From an uncultured delta proteobacterium (GTDB lineage Bacteria > Myxococcota > Myxococcia > Myxococcales > Myxococcaceae): a stretch of 64,000 bases of DNA. Shown here one piece after another: positions 28,211 to 39,617 of this stretch. Positions within the stretch are counted from its first letter, which is position 1, and each line of letters begins with the position of its first letter. Under the pieces are notes generated by a model that saw nothing but the letters and a program-made list of their open reading frames with translations, made no database searches and was not told the origin of the DNA. The stretch is taken from positions 32,001 to 96,000 of the forward strand of contig CAVYSY010000044.1 of assembly GCA_963771175.1 (NCBI GenBank), given 5' to 3'. A program made the translations under genes and the position numbers.

Positions 28211-28248
28211 CCATGACGGGGTATTTTGGAGATGGGCTTCCCCGAGCC

Positions 28249-29028
28249 CGTCTTCTCCAAGTCGTTCGCCGGGGCAGTGACCCTCTGGCTGTTGATGACA
28301 TACACGGCGACGGAACTCTACACCGTGGGGAGGGCCTGCCTGGAGTTGTACCGCGAGGCAGAGGCAGCGCGGAGCGAGGAGCAGTTGGAGGCGGTAGCCG
28401 CACGCTTTGGCAAGGCGATAGGAGGCGTAGGACTACGGGTGCTGGTGACAGTGGCAGGCGCAAAGCTCGCCAGCGCTCTGCCGGAGGTGCCCAAGGGAGG
28501 GATGTGGGCACGCCTCTCGCCTCCACGCTTTGCTTTCACGGGTGGGGGCGCCCGAATGGCTTTACGGTGGGGGCGGGCACACGTGCACAGGTGACCGTGG
28601 CCGACGGAACGGTGGTGCTCATGGGGGTCACGGCGGCGGCCGCGGCCAGTGCGGTCGTCAAGGCCCGGACAACGGGGGCCTGCGCCGAGTCCAAGAAGGA
28701 CGACAACCAGGCACACCATATCGCCACGGACAAGAATGACACGTCGGAGGTCAGCGGTGGCCCCTGGACGCCCCGGTTCAAGGCACTCTTCGAACGGGCC
28801 GGGATGAGCCTCGACGATCCGGCGAACATCCTCTACCTGCAGAACCACAAGGGTCCTCACCCCGAAGATTACCACGCGGAGGTCTTCAACCGGCTTCAGG
28901 ATGCGCTCGAGGACTGCCAGACTCAGCGAGAGTGCAGACGTAAACTCATGGACGCTCTGGATGAAATCGCAGGTGAGCTTTGCACACCTGGGTCAAGACT
29001 CCACAAGCTCGCCACGAAGACACGATGA
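28249..29028 (+). pseudogene. AHH-nuclease polymorphic toxin, 3' part (additional frameshift near 28545)
   Basis: QAHHIATDKN...GGPWTPRF...HKGPHPEDYH (AHH HNH/EndoVII-fold nuclease). Confidence 0.85.
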
Positions 29029-29603
29029 GCGCTCAAAGCAGACACTTCGAACTGCGGGACGACATGAGTCTTCCTGGCCGTTGGGTCTTGAAGCACGCCA
29101 GTCTCGATGATCAGGGCCGGCGACTGGACCCGTGGCAATTCAAGAGGGGAACGTCCATCACCTTGGAGGGAAAGCCCATCCTTGGCATCGCTCACCCCGG
29201 GCAGCCGCTCGATTTCAGCCTGACCGAACTGGCAACGCCCGTGGTCACCCAGCGCGTTGTCGCGCTCTTCGAGCGTCTGGGCCTCCAACAGGAGGTCCAG
29301 TCCATCCCGGCGCAAGTGGAGGGCTGTACGGAGCCCTACTTCATCCTCAATGCCCTGCGGGTTCTCCGGTGCATCGACGAGGCCCGGTGCGAGGAGGTCA
29401 AACTCTGGGAACCCAGGCACGGGGACCCCAACAGGGTGGGCGAGTATCGCAATGTCGTTGGAATGAAGGTCGACCCGAAGAAGATAGGGGATACCCACAT
29501 CTTGCGTCCCTGGGGTTGGAGGGGAGCGCTCATCGTCTCGGAGCATGTGAAGCAGGCCCTGGAGCAGGAAGGCATCACCGGGACGAAATTCATCGAGGTC
29601 TGA
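29025..29603 (+). CDS. Immunity protein (Imm11/DUF1629-like)
   Basis: ATGA overlap with the toxin stop; GRW...LDPWQF...PLDF...YFILN...CIDE...LIVSEHVK. Confidence 0.82.
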   Translation: MSAQSRHFELRDDMSLPGRWVLKHASLDDQGRRLDPWQFKRGTSITLEGKPILGIAHPGQPLDFSLTELATPVVTQRVVALFERLGLQQEVQSIPAQVEGCTEPYFILNALRVLRCIDEARCEEVKLWEPRHGDPNRVGEYRNVVGMKVDPKKIGDTHILRPWGWRGALIVSEHVKQALEQEGITGTKFIEV

Positions 29604-29631
29604 CCCCGTGGGACCGAGCGGAGGCGTTCCC

Positions 29632-30363
29632 TCATCGCCTCCGGCGCCCGGACCCGGCCAGCCAGTCCTTGAGGGCGATGGGCAGGTAGAGGACGACGAG
29701 CGTGGCGAAGCCCACGCCGACGAGGGAGAGGATGTACCAGGGCCAGGGCCCGAGCTCGTCGATGAGCGAGGGGAAGTCCGGCCTGCGCCCGATGAACAGG
29801 TAGTTGCTGCCGAGCAACAGGTTCAGTCCGAAGATCGCCGCCGTATACGCGAGCATCCAGCCCGCCACGCGCCACAGCGAGCCCCACGTCGGTCGGAAAC
29901 CCTCCACCACGGTGAAGTAGACGCCGGTGGTGATGATCCCCCCGTGAACGCTCATGGAGGTGAAGAAGTACAGGTGCGGGTAGCCGTAGATGCCGACGTT
30001 GGACGTCACCAGCGCCTGGAGCGCGCCGCCGATACCGAGGAAGTAGATGAACTCGTAGAGCAGCCGGCTCCGCGTCAGCAGCAAGGCGATGCTGAGCAGG
30101 GCGGTCAGGTCGCACAGGTGAAGGGGGAGATCAACGCGGACGTCCCAGAGTCCGACCAGCACTCGCCACACGGCGTGCGCGCCGAAGCACACGGAGATCA
30201 GGGCCGCCAGCCCGAGGCGGAAGGCGCGGCGCCCCGCATCGCCCAGCACGCTCCGCAGCGGAACGAGCGCCACGTTGACGGCCAGTACGATTCCCAGCAC
30301 GACGAGGTGCGGAGGAGCGAACATCTTGAACTCCATCCCCTCCGGGTGGGCGCTGAAGTCCAC
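29632..30363 (-). CDS. YwaF/TIGR02206 family membrane protein
   Basis: LPLHLCD, GSNYLF, LGPWPWYI; multiple TM segments. Confidence 0.85.
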   Translation of the reverse strand: MDFSAHPEGMEFKMFAPPHLVVLGIVLAVNVALVPLRSVLGDAGRRAFRLGLAALISVCFGAHAVWRVLVGLWDVRVDLPLHLCDLTALLSIALLLTRSRLLYEFIYFLGIGGALQALVTSNVGIYGYPHLYFFTSMSVHGGIITTGVYFTVVEGFRPTWGSLWRVAGWMLAYTAAIFGLNLLLGSNYLFIGRRPDFPSLIDELGPWPWYILSLVGVGFATLVVLYLPIALKDWLAGSGRRRR

Positions 30364-30372
30364 GTCTCGGAC

Positions 30373-31056
30373 TCACGCCGCTCGGGTCGCGAAGAACCGT
30401 GCCCGGAGCTGCTCCAGCGGGGTGGCCCAGTGGTCCTCCCACAGGACACTCGCCATCTCCGGCGAGCTCCTGCCCCGCTGGTACGCGGTGCGAATCCGCC
30501 GCAGGTACTCGCGCTTCGGTACCGTCACCTGCTCGTTGCTCCACCCCGCGAACACCGCGAAGAGCGAGGTGGGGGTGCCCAGGTTCCCGAACTGGAACGC
30601 CTGCAGCTCCATCTCCCCCAGCATGTCCGTGCCGTAGCCGGTGAGCAGGTGGTGGAGGTCATGGCTCTCGCGCATGCGCTTGCCGAGGTACTGGCCATCG
30701 CTCATCTCGCGCGCGAGGGTGAAGATGGGCTCGACGCCCGGGTTGCCCTCGTAGAAGCGCGCGAACTCGCGCCCGAGCGTCCCCGGGGGCAGCTTCGCGA
30801 GCGCCTCGAAGTCCACATGGCCCCTGCAGAGCTCGGGGCGCTGCCCCAGGAGGCGGCGGCCCGCGGGGAGCTTCGCGAACCCCCGGGCCATGGAGGCCAG
30901 CTTGCCGCCGTCGAGCGCGTCCTGGAACAGCATGCCGTAGACGGGCTCGGCGGGGTTGCGCATCAGCACCCGGACGGAGAGGACCCCCACCCGGAGGCGG
31001 GTGAAGAGGGAGGCGTTCGGGGGAAGCGACGGGTACTGCGAAGCACGCTGCTCCAT
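30373..31056 (-). CDS. Coq4 family protein
   Basis: LPPGTLGREF; HDLHHLLTGYGTDMLGE (HDxxH...E). Confidence 0.85.
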   Translation of the reverse strand: MEQRASQYPSLPPNASLFTRLRVGVLSVRVLMRNPAEPVYGMLFQDALDGGKLASMARGFAKLPAGRRLLGQRPELCRGHVDFEALAKLPPGTLGREFARFYEGNPGVEPIFTLAREMSDGQYLGKRMRESHDLHHLLTGYGTDMLGEMELQAFQFGNLGTPTSLFAVFAGWSNEQVTVPKREYLRRIRTAYQRGRSSPEMASVLWEDHWATPLEQLRARFFATRAA

Positions 31057-31245
31057 CGAGGCTCCTCGCGGACTCGGACTCCAGGCGGGCCCCCATCGGA
31101 GCGCGCGACAGTCGACACTGTACCCGAACCCGGGGGAGGCGCTGGCTCACGGAGTTCGCCCCTCCGGTCCCCCGGAGGCAGTGGGCACGAGGCCCCATGC
31201 GACGCATCGTGACGCCCTGCAATCCCATGAAGGGGGAGGGGAAGC

Positions 31246-32805
31246 ATGCGTGTCTGGCTTCGTGTGGCGTGGGTCTGTACCCTGGTGGTGGGATGCGGTG
31301 GACCACTCCCGGAGGAGTCGCCTCCGGAAGAGCCCTCGCAAGAGGTCACCTCGGACGAGGGCGCTCCGGACGAGGTGTCCGAGCTGTGGAAGAAGCCGCC
31401 GAGGCTCGGCACGCCCTTCCTGGTGGAGGACATCTTCCCGCCCCCTTCAACGCCCCCAACCTTTCCCATCCTGGGGCCTCTGCCCACGAACCTGGTGGAC
31501 TTCCGGGGGACGCTCTTCTTCGCGGCCAACGGCAACGCGCTCGGGGCGTCGGCGCTGTGGCGCAGCGACGGCACGGCCCCCGGTACCTTCCCGGTGGGCG
31601 AGCCCGAGGCTCCCGGCTCCGTCGGAGAGCTGCTCGTCGTGCGGAACCGGCTCTTCTTCACCGCGAGCGATGCGGCCCACGGCTCCGAGCTCTGGGTGAG
31701 CGACGGCACGTCCGCGGGCACCCGGTTGCTGAAAGACATCACCCCGGGCTCCGAGGACTCGACGCTGGGGGCCTTCACCCGGGTGGGAGACACGCTGTTC
31801 TTCTCCCGTCGGCTCCCGAGCGACCCGCCCGGCGAGGAGCGCCTCGAATTGTGGAAGAGCGACGGCACCCGGTCCGGCACGGTGCGCGTGAAGGAGCTGG
31901 GCCCGGGCTTCATCCTGTTCAACACGGCAGCGCTGGACGACGACACGCTCTTCTTCGTCTTCAATGATGAGGCGCACGGCGTCGAGCCGTGGGTGAGCGA
32001 TGGCACCTCCCGGGGCACCCGGCTCCTGAAGGACATCGTCAAGGGCCCCGACAGCTCGTTCCCGGACCGCCCGACGCCGGTGGACGGCACCCTCTACTTC
32101 TCCGCCGAGGACCCGGCCCACGGGCGCGAGCTGTGGCGGACGGACGGCACCACCCGGGGCACCGAGCTGCTCGAGGACACCGTGCCAGGCCCCACGGGCT
32201 CGGGTGCGCAGCCCATCGCCCTGTTCAAACGGCGCCTCTACTTCGTGACCTTCGACACCGCGGACCGAGGGGCGCGGCTGCGCAAGCTCAACCCGGACCC
32301 CACCTGCCGTCCGCGCTCGACCGTCGTCGAGGACCTGCCCAACCCCTTCCCGGACCGCCCGGAGGTGGAAGCCTTCCTGCCCTCCGGCGGCGTCGCCGAG
32401 GTGAACGGCAGGCTGCTCTTCACCCTCGCCTACTCCACCTCCGGGCCCGCGCTGGCGGACGTGCAACTCTGGGCCACCCGAGGCACCCGCTCGACCACGG
32501 AACTGCTGCGCCGACGGCTGCTCAACGCCATCGACGTCCCCACCACGACGCTCGCCGCCGTGAACGACCGGCTCGCCCTCTTCGCCGCCGCGGACGACGA
32601 GCACGGTCAGGAGCCGTGGGTGACCGATGGCACGCCCAGGGGCACCCGGCTGCTCGCGGACATCCGCCCGGGTGGCAGCTCGTCGTTCCCGATCGAATTC
32701 ACGCGCTCGGGCGACTTCATGTTCTTCGCCGCCAACGACGGCATCCACGGCCACGACCTGTGGGCCGTTCCCGTCGAGGACAGAGCACACCGGAACGGAC
32801 GCTGA
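31246..32805 (+). CDS. ELWxxDGT repeat lipoprotein
   Basis: Lipobox VVGC; repeated [24 protein letters not shown]. Confidence 0.92.
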   Translation: MRVWLRVAWVCTLVVGCGGPLPEESPPEEPSQEVTSDEGAPDEVSELWKKPPRLGTPFLVEDIFPPPSTPPTFPILGPLPTNLVDFRGTLFFAANGNALGASALWRSDGTAPGTFPVGEPEAPGSVGELLVVRNRLFFTASDAAHGSELWVSDGTSAGTRLLKDITPGSEDSTLGAFTRVGDTLFFSRRLPSDPPGEERLELWKSDGTRSGTVRVKELGPGFILFNTAALDDDTLFFVFNDEAHGVEPWVSDGTSRGTRLLKDIVKGPDSSFPDRPTPVDGTLYFSAEDPAHGRELWRTDGTTRGTELLEDTVPGPTGSGAQPIALFKRRLYFVTFDTADRGARLRKLNPDPTCRPRSTVVEDLPNPFPDRPEVEAFLPSGGVAEVNGRLLFTLAYSTSGPALADVQLWATRGTRSTTELLRRRLLNAIDVPTTTLAAVNDRLALFAAADDEHGQEPWVTDGTPRGTRLLADIRPGGSSSFPIEFTRSGDFMFFAANDGIHGHDLWAVPVEDRAHRNGR

Positions 32806-32852
32806 GCGGGGACTCTCGGAGGACAGGACCCCCCTCCGGGCTCGGTCTGGAG

Positions 32853-32879
32853 AAACCTGTCCGACAGTCGGACAGGTTT
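32853..32879. repeat. 27-bp palindromic intergenic repeat, copy 1
   Basis: AAACCTGTCCGAC-A-GTCGGACAGGTTT inside a longer CCGGGCTCGG...CGCGCCCGGG unit. Confidence 0.9.
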
Positions 32880-33002
32880 TTTGAAAGCGCGCCCGGGAGG
32901 TGTCCCGCATTCTCCCAGCAGGGCGACTCAGCGAGGCAGGTACTTCTTGAAGGGGCCCCGGCATCCGAGGGCTCGGCCTCGCGAATCCTCCCGGCCCGAG
33001 GC

Positions 33003-34651
<1,649 letters not shown>

Positions 34652-34752
34652 GCGGCGAATCTACCGCCGCGAGCGCGGCCGTGAGGGCCCTTGTTTTCGC
34701 CAAGTGTCGCCTCGGTCACGAGTCCGGGGCGGTGCGTGGCGAACGCCTCGCG

Positions 34753-35049
34753 CTAGTCACGGTTCTGCGAGCGGTTGACCCGCTCGTTGTCGCTCGGGAA
34801 GCTGTCGCCACCGAACTGCTGCTGGTTGCCCTGGAAGTCCTCCTTCTCGTAGCCATGGGTGTCATCGCGCTGGGACTTGTCCTTCGCCTCGTCCTGGGTG
34901 TCCGTGCCCATGGAGCCGCCAGTGCCCCCGTCCTCCTGCATGGGCTCGGTCGGTTCACCGCGCTCCGCCGCCTTGTCCGACTTGCACGCGGTGCCGAGCG
35001 CCATGGTGCCTGCGATGAGCCCCGCCAGAATCAGCTTCGTCCGGGTCAT
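34753..35049 (-). CDS. Small lipoprotein
   Basis: MTRTKLILAGLIAGTMALGTAC lipobox; acidic low-complexity body. Confidence 0.75.
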   Translation of the reverse strand: MTRTKLILAGLIAGTMALGTACKSDKAAERGEPTEPMQEDGGTGGSMGTDTQDEAKDKSQRDDTHGYEKEDFQGNQQQFGGDSFPSDNERVNRSQNRD

Positions 35050-35268
35050 GAGGTGACTCCCTGTGAGCGTTGAGGTCCGCCGTTCCCTGGTCGGGAACGT
35101 GGGCAGCAGGTGCCCCCCCGGCAGGGAGCCCCCTCCCGGCTGGCCGCTCATCGGGGTGGCACCGCCTCGCTCGCTCCTCCTGACGCATCGCGACTCGCTG
35201 GGTTTGAGTCTTTTTCGTGAACTCCCCGTGGACGAAAACTCCGCCACTGGTACAATTTTCCAACCATC

Positions 35269-35736
35269 ATGAAGCTCTCCGCCCCGGTTTCCGTGGATGA
35301 CTCGCTCTGGCCGCTGGTCATCGTCCATCTGGTGGGCACCGCGTCCCTGGCGGACTTCGAGGCGTACCTGGAGAAGCGCCTCGAGTTCCTTCGCCGGGGC
35401 CAGCCGCACCTCGTGGTGGTGGTCGTGGACGCATCGCGGGGCATCACGATGCCCACCGAGCATCGTCACAAGCAGGTGGAGTGGTTGAGCCGGCACGAGG
35501 AGCTCATCCGCCAGACGCTGCTCGGCGTGGCCTACGCCACGGACTCGGCCCTCTTCCGGCTGACCCTGAGCCTCGTCTTCCACATCAAGTCGCCCGCCTA
35601 CCCGTACGTCATCATCCCCAGCCAGGAGCTGGCCGTGGCGTGGGCGGCGAGCCGGCTGGACGAGGCGGGCCTGCACGCGGACGCCGAGCGCATCCGCTAC
35701 CACTTCGGGCCGCTGCACCACCGGAGCCATGCCTAG
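35269..35736 (+). CDS. Hypothetical protein (STAS/SpoIIAA-like)
   Basis: [10 protein letters not shown]...VVVDAS...LLGVAY pattern typical of myxobacterial proteins. Confidence 0.65.
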   Translation: MKLSAPVSVDDSLWPLVIVHLVGTASLADFEAYLEKRLEFLRRGQPHLVVVVVDASRGITMPTEHRHKQVEWLSRHEELIRQTLLGVAYATDSALFRLTLSLVFHIKSPAYPYVIIPSQELAVAWAASRLDEAGLHADAERIRYHFGPLHHRSHA

Positions 35737-35810
35737 GGTCCGCCCGCGCGTCCGACACCACGCCTTTCCCGAATGGCCCCTATACTGCGCGTCAGGGGGT
35801 ACTCCACCAC

Positions 35811-37077
35811 ATGAGCAGCAAGCGCATCCTCGGCAAGCGCATCCTCGGGATGATTCTCGCGGGGGGTCAGGGCACGCGCCTGGCTCCTCTGACGTCCAAG
35901 CGCTCCAAGCCGGCCGTCCCCTTCGGGTCGAAGTTCCGCATCATCGACTTCGCCCTCAGCAACTTCGTCAACTCGGGCGTCTACTCCATCTACGTGCTGA
36001 CGCAGTTCAAGGCGCAGTCGCTCACCGAGCACATCCAACGCGGCTGGCGCTTCGGCTCGGGCCTGCTCGACGACTACTTCATCACGCTGGCGCCGGCGCA
36101 GATGTACCTCTACGAGGAGCTGGGCAACGTCTGGTACCGGGGCACGGCCGACGCCATCTACCAGAACCTCCATCTGGTGGAGAACTACCGCGCCGACGAC
36201 GTGGCCATCTTCTCGGGAGACCACATCTACAAGATGAACGTGGCGCACATGCTGGAGCAGCACGAGGCCCAGCGCGCCGACATCACCATCGCCGCCTACC
36301 CCACGCCGGTGGCGGAGGCCTCGCGCTTCGGCGTCATGCAGGTGGACGAGCGCAGCCGCGTGCTCGAGTTCCAGGAGAAGCCCCAGGAGCCCAAGGCGAT
36401 GCCGGGCAAGCCGGGCATGGCCCTGTGCAGCATGGGCAACTACATCTTCAGCCGGCAGCGTGCTCACCGAGTTGCTGGAGGTGGACGCGCGCACCGAGGG
36501 CTCGCAGCACGACTTCGGCAAGGACGTGCTGCCGCGGGCGCTGCGCGACGGCTACCACATCCACGCGTACGACTTCCAAACCAACCCCATCCCCGGCCAG
36601 ACGCGGCCCAACACCTACTGGCGCGACGTGGGAACGCTGGAGGCCTACCACGAGGCCTCGATGGACCTCGTCTCCATCAACCCCGAGTTCGACGTCTTCA
36701 ACCCGGAGTGGCCGCTGCGCAGCGCCGTCGAATACAGCCCCCCGGCCAAGTTCGTCCACGAGGCGGGCGAGCGCGTGGGCCGCGCGCTCAACTCCATGGT
36801 GGCCGGCGGCTGCATCATCTCGGGCGGCACGGTGCGCGAGAGCATCCTCTCCCGCCGGGTGCGGGTGAACTCCTACGCGCTGGTGTCGCGCTCGGTCCTC
36901 TTCGACGAGGTGGACATCGGCCGGCACGCCCAGGTGAAGAACGCCATCATCGACAAGGGCGTGCGCGTGCCGCCCGACACGAAGATTGGCTTCGACCTGG
37001 CGGCCGACAAGGCGCGCGGCTTCACCGTCACCGACAACGGCATCGTCGTGGTGCCCAAGGGCTACAAGTTCGACTGA
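35811..37077 (+). CDS. glgC: Glucose-1-phosphate adenylyltransferase (frameshift near 36455)
   Basis: [38 protein letters not shown]; second frame HDFGKD, YWRDVGT. Confidence 0.92.
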
Positions 37078-37083
37078 GGCCGC

Positions 37084-37130
37084 ACGGAGGCGGGCTCCTG
37101 GCCTCGCGAGGGGCCGGAGCTCCGCCTACC
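37084..37130. terminator. GC-rich hairpin between convergent glgC and protease genes
   Basis: AGGCGGGCTCC...GGAGCTCCGCCT imperfect stem; no U tract. Confidence 0.4.
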
Positions 37131-37953
37131 GCAGCGTCACCTCGCGCGCCTCCGGGTAGCGCACCTGCTGCTTCTTCATCTGCCCGGCGATGACGGCGAA
37201 GACCTCGTAGACGCGCTTCCGCGTCACCGGCAGCACCACCCTCGGGCCCGTGCCCACCATGGTGCCGTCCACGAAGACCGGCACGCCCTCGGGGGCATTC
37301 ACCACCAGGCACTCGCAGGCCCCCGCCAGCGTCGACAGCGCCTTGCGCGCCACGTCCATGCCGATGCCGAAGTTGATGGCGCTCGCCCCTTCAATCCCAG
37401 CGGTGACGATGCCCACCACCGTCCCCCGCCAATCGAAGATGGGGCCGCCCGAGTTGCCCGGGTTGAGCGGTATCTGCGTCTGGAAGACGGGGCGCTCGGC
37501 GCCGTCCGGGTAGATGTTGGACACCATCCCGCTGTTGAACGTCCACACCGCGCCCCGGCCGTGGCCCACCGCCCCCACCCAGCTCCCCACCCGCACGTCC
37601 CCCACCCCGCCCAGCGGCGGCACCGGCGTGTCCTTCAGCGGCACCCGCACCAGCGCCACGTCCACCTCCTTCGCGCCCCGCTCCACCACCGTGCCCTGCA
37701 CCTTGCGCCCGTCGTGGAGCACCACCTCCACCTTCTCGCGCCCCTCCACCACGTGGGCGTTGGTGAGCACCAGCCCGTCCGTCCCCACGAAGAAGCCGCT
37801 GCCGAAGCTGTCCCCCTTCGAGATGAACACCACGCTCGGCGTCACCTTCTCGAAGAGCGCCTGCTGCTGGCGCTCCATCGCCAGCAGTGCGTCCTCCTCC
37901 GCCCGGGCCGCGACGGACAGCCCCAGCACGAGCGCGACGAGCAGGTGCCTCAC
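37126..37953 (-). CDS. Trypsin-like (S1C/HtrA-type) serine protease
   Basis: [27 protein letters not shown] overlap with the upstream gene. Confidence 0.9.
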   Translation of the reverse strand: MRHLLVALVLGLSVAARAEEDALLAMERQQQALFEKVTPSVVFISKGDSFGSGFFVGTDGLVLTNAHVVEGREKVEVVLHDGRKVQGTVVERGAKEVDVALVRVPLKDTPVPPLGGVGDVRVGSWVGAVGHGRGAVWTFNSGMVSNIYPDGAERPVFQTQIPLNPGNSGGPIFDWRGTVVGIVTAGIEGASAINFGIGMDVARKALSTLAGACECLVVNAPEGVPVFVDGTMVGTGPRVVLPVTRKRVYEVFAVIAGQMKKQQVRYPEAREVTLR

Positions 37954-39053
37954 AGCCGCACTCCCACCACCAGCGCCCCGCCGCCCCGGGGCAGCAGCGC
38001 CCCGCCCACGCTCACCTCCACCCGCGTCCCCCGGGTGCGCGCCGGAGCGGGCGCCTCGGCCAGACCGAGCTCGCCCTTGAGCTTCTCGTTGTACTCCTCG
38101 GCCAGCCGCCTGGCCTCGAGCACCTCCACCGGGTGGGACTGCAGCGCCGCCCCCACCACCATGGCGACCGCTCCCGCCGTGCCCAGTAGGATGCCCGGGA
38201 TGAGCAGCTCCTGGTGCTCGCGCTGCAGGCAGTCGTACGAGGCGGCGTTCTCGCGCACGCACCGGCCGCCAATCCCGCCCAGCATCATCGCCGTGCCGCC
38301 CAGCGTCACCGCGCCACCGCCCAGCAACAGGCCCAGCCGCGTCCCGCTGCGCGCACGGTAGCTGTCCGCGAGGTCCGTCCGGCCGATGGCCTGGTAGAAG
38401 GCCTCGCCCTCCAGCGGCACCCGGCTCTTGCCCTGGTAGGCCACCGAGAAGCGTGACACCACCCCGCCGTAGACGTTGACGAAGGCGCCGTCCTCGAACC
38501 AGACGTACTTCTTCTCGTACTCGGCCTGGGCGTCCTTCGCCACCCGCGTCACCGAGTCCACCGTCGACTTCGCGGTGTTGGTCAAGGCCCCGATTCCCCC
38601 GCCGGCTCGCGTGGACACCGCCTGCCCCTGCTGCGCACTCAGCGCCGCCAGCACCTTGCCCGCCTTGTCGTAGAAGGTGACGACCGCGGTGGGCGACGTC
38701 CCGGCGGCTCCCGCGAAGACGCGCACCACCACCACCGTGTCCACCGGCAGGGCGGCGACCTTCCGCACCACCTGCGCGTCACTGTCGGCGGCGAGGTTGC
38801 CCAGCGGCGCGTCGTTCATCACCAGTTGGGCCCGCCCCGAGTCGCGCAGCGCCGCCTCCACCGCCGAGGCGGCCGCCCGGCTCTCGGCGGCGGGCTCACC
38901 AGCCCCGGCCACCAGCACGCCCCGGTGGGAGCTCTCGAGGTAGCTGCCCGTGGCCTCGGGCGGGAAGCTGTCCTTCCACTCGGCGGCGAGCGCGGGAAGG
39001 GACAGGAGGAGGAGGAGCGCGGCGGTGGCTCGAGCGGACATGGCGTATCTCAT
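37950..39053 (-). CDS. Exported/membrane hypothetical protein
   Basis: Signal peptide; two C-terminal hydrophobic segments. Confidence 0.75.
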   Translation of the reverse strand: MRYAMSARATAALLLLLSLPALAAEWKDSFPPEATGSYLESSHRGVLVAGAGEPAAESRAAASAVEAALRDSGRAQLVMNDAPLGNLAADSDAQVVRKVAALPVDTVVVVRVFAGAAGTSPTAVVTFYDKAGKVLAALSAQQGQAVSTRAGGGIGALTNTAKSTVDSVTRVAKDAQAEYEKKYVWFEDGAFVNVYGGVVSRFSVAYQGKSRVPLEGEAFYQAIGRTDLADSYRARSGTRLGLLLGGGAVTLGGTAMMLGGIGGRCVRENAASYDCLQREHQELLIPGILLGTAGAVAMVVGAALQSHPVEVLEARRLAEEYNEKLKGELGLAEAPAPARTRGTRVEVSVGGALLPRGGGALVVGVRL

Positions 39054-39064
39054 GGGAGGGAAGT

Positions 39065-39559
39065 TCACCGGCACTTGAGCGTGGAGTCGTAGCTCTCGGT
39101 GCGGCAGGTGAGTCCGGAGCAGCACTCGGCGCTGGTCGTGCACGAGCTGTATTTCTGGGTGCAGCAGGCGCCCGCCTCGCAGGTCTTGGTGTACGAGCCA
39201 CCCGCGTTGCAGTCCATGCAAGCGGCGCCACCCTTGCCGCACGTGAAGGAGGTCTGATTCGCGAAGGGCCGGCAGGAGCCGTACTCATCGCAGCAGCCGG
39301 TGGAGCAGTTCTGCGGGTTGCACTTCGGCTCGCACCTGCCCGTGGCGCCGCACGTCTGGCTGTACTCGCACTGCTGGCAGCTCCGCCCTTGCAGGCCACA
39401 GGCGCGGTCGACATTGCCCACCTGGCACACGCCGTCCGCGTCACAGCAGCCATCCGCGCACGTCTCGGCGGTGCACTCCCAGGGGGTGCACGCCGGCAAC
39501 ACCACACTCAACAACGAGAGCAGCAACGCTCGCGCAAGCACGCTTCGAAGAAGATTCAT
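39065..39559 (-). CDS. Cys-rich lipoprotein
   Basis: Lipobox LPAC; repeated CxxxxCxxGCCD units. Confidence 0.8.
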   Translation of the reverse strand: MNLLRSVLARALLLSLLSVVLPACTPWECTAETCADGCCDADGVCQVGNVDRACGLQGRSCQQCEYSQTCGATGRCEPKCNPQNCSTGCCDEYGSCRPFANQTSFTCGKGGAACMDCNAGGSYTKTCEAGACCTQKYSSCTTSAECCSGLTCRTESYDSTLKCR

Positions 39560-39617
39560 GGGGTGCGCTACAAATCGCAGCCCCCACATTCGCCTGTCAA
39601 CCCATCGCCGCTCGTGC

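Larger units (their letters stand above)
25395..28248 (-). mobile_element. 2,854-bp large serine recombinase element inserted in the toxin gene
   Basis: Bounded by GAGCC at 25390-25394 and 28244-28248; contains only a small ORF and the recombinase; removing it rejoins the host ORF in frame. Confidence 0.85.

Noticed and set aside
25107..28280. 1,057-aa plus-strand ORF
   Set aside because: Antisense shadow of the recombinase in high-GC DNA; no recognisable motifs.
36440..36470. Programmed frameshifting in glgC and other genes
   Set aside because: No slippery heptamers, and the indels are scattered across unrelated genes, so error is more likely.
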